A stretch of 64,000 nucleotides of DNA, from assembly GCA_021155085.1 (NCBI GenBank), contig JAJNQA010000112.1, positions 8,378 through 72,377 on the forward strand. The letters are read 5' to 3'. The notes beneath the pieces are model-generated. The model saw nothing but the letters and a program-made list of their open reading frames with translations. It had not been told where the DNA came from and did no database searches. The DNA comes from Heliomicrobium sp. (GTDB lineage Bacteria > Acidobacteriota > Blastocatellia > RBC074). Made by a program: the position numbers and the translations under genes. Positions 63,620-64,000 of this stretch are shown piece by piece (position 1 is the stretch's first letter; every line of letters starts with the position of its first letter).

Positions 63620-64000
63620 TCAGTCTGTTCGCGCTGTGGACAGACTGAAGCCTGCTCCACGGGTAACTCGGCGCAGCAACAAATCCAGCCCGGCGATTGC
63701 GCCCGTGTTGAACGTCAGCAGCACGCCAACAGCCGCGGCTTCGATCAACGTTTTGTTGACGATTAAATAGGAACCTTCGCTGCCGGGCTGCGGCGTTCCG
63801 GCAAAGGGAATCGCCGCCAGATAAAACATCGCCAGCAGCAGCAGCGCCCCCCAGCACCCCAGCCGCGTCAGCAGTCCCAGCATCAGCGACAAGCCAACCA
63901 GCAACAGGCCAATCTTGACCGTCCAATCCATCCACCCGATCCAGCCCGAACCGGCCATCCACTGAAACAACCGCCCCAGCGGACCCGAAGCCGCCTTCAA
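63620..64000 (-). CDS. DoxX-like multi-pass membrane protein, N-terminally truncated by the window edge
   Basis: The frame is open to the window end. Three or more TM helices ([37 protein letters not shown]). Weak DoxX resemblance. Confidence 0.35.
   Translation of the reverse strand: MKAASGPLGRLFQWMAGSGWIGWMDWTVKIGLLLVGLSLMLGLLTRLGCWGALLLLAMFYLAAIPFAGTPQPGSEGSYLIVNKTLIEAAAVGVLLTFNTGAIAGLDLLLRRVTRGAGFSLSTARTD

Overview
This is a high-GC (roughly 60 %) bacterial chromosomal window. It is densely coding on both strands, with translationally coupled operons. Gene content suggests an Acidobacteria-like soil bacterium: giant multi-domain signalling proteins, Tat-exported Gfo/Idh/MocA and PQQ dehydrogenases, TolB-propeller CadC-type regulators and TIGR03437-like secreted repeats. 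There are no rRNA or tRNA genes, no CRISPR array and no transposase or integrase. Main contents, left to right: (1) a seven-gene glycan-modification operon (1-8492), built from fused glycosyltransferases and three SAM-methyltransferase modules; (2) a convergent 1730-aa secreted subtilase with a P-domain and a C-terminal triplicated unknown domain; (3) an FHA/PP2C phospho-signalling pair, rdgB, and a low-GC islet carrying a brnTA toxin-antitoxin pair; (4) pepP, a CadC/TolB regulator, ppk1, and Tat-signal oxidoreductases including a PQQ quinohaemoprotein; (5) a 2054-aa Ser/Thr-kinase / STAND-ATPase / GAF / sigma-54-activator fusion. Directly downstream of its stop codon sit two near-palindromic 18-bp repeats and a textbook sigma-54 promoter (TGGCAT-N5-TTGCA) driving a STAS anti-sigma antagonist plus ECF sigma factor. 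This inferred kinase -> sigma-54 -> ECF-sigma cascade is the most interesting candidate system. (6) A second NtrC-type sigma-54 activator whose cognate histidine kinase is degraded by frameshifts and carries a 12-bp x5 tandem repeat; (7) a GpgS-like (GT81) glycosyltransferase-HAD phosphatase fusion; (8) a VIT-VWA protein and a MoaD-like GG protein coupled to a BNR propeller protein; (9) a KaiA-less kaiC(extended)-kaiB-kaiB-PAS hybrid histidine kinase timing cluster. Several structured non-coding or intragenic elements are also reported: G-quadruplex/i-motif palindromic insert, tandem 40-bp repeat, hairpins, polypyrimidine tract.
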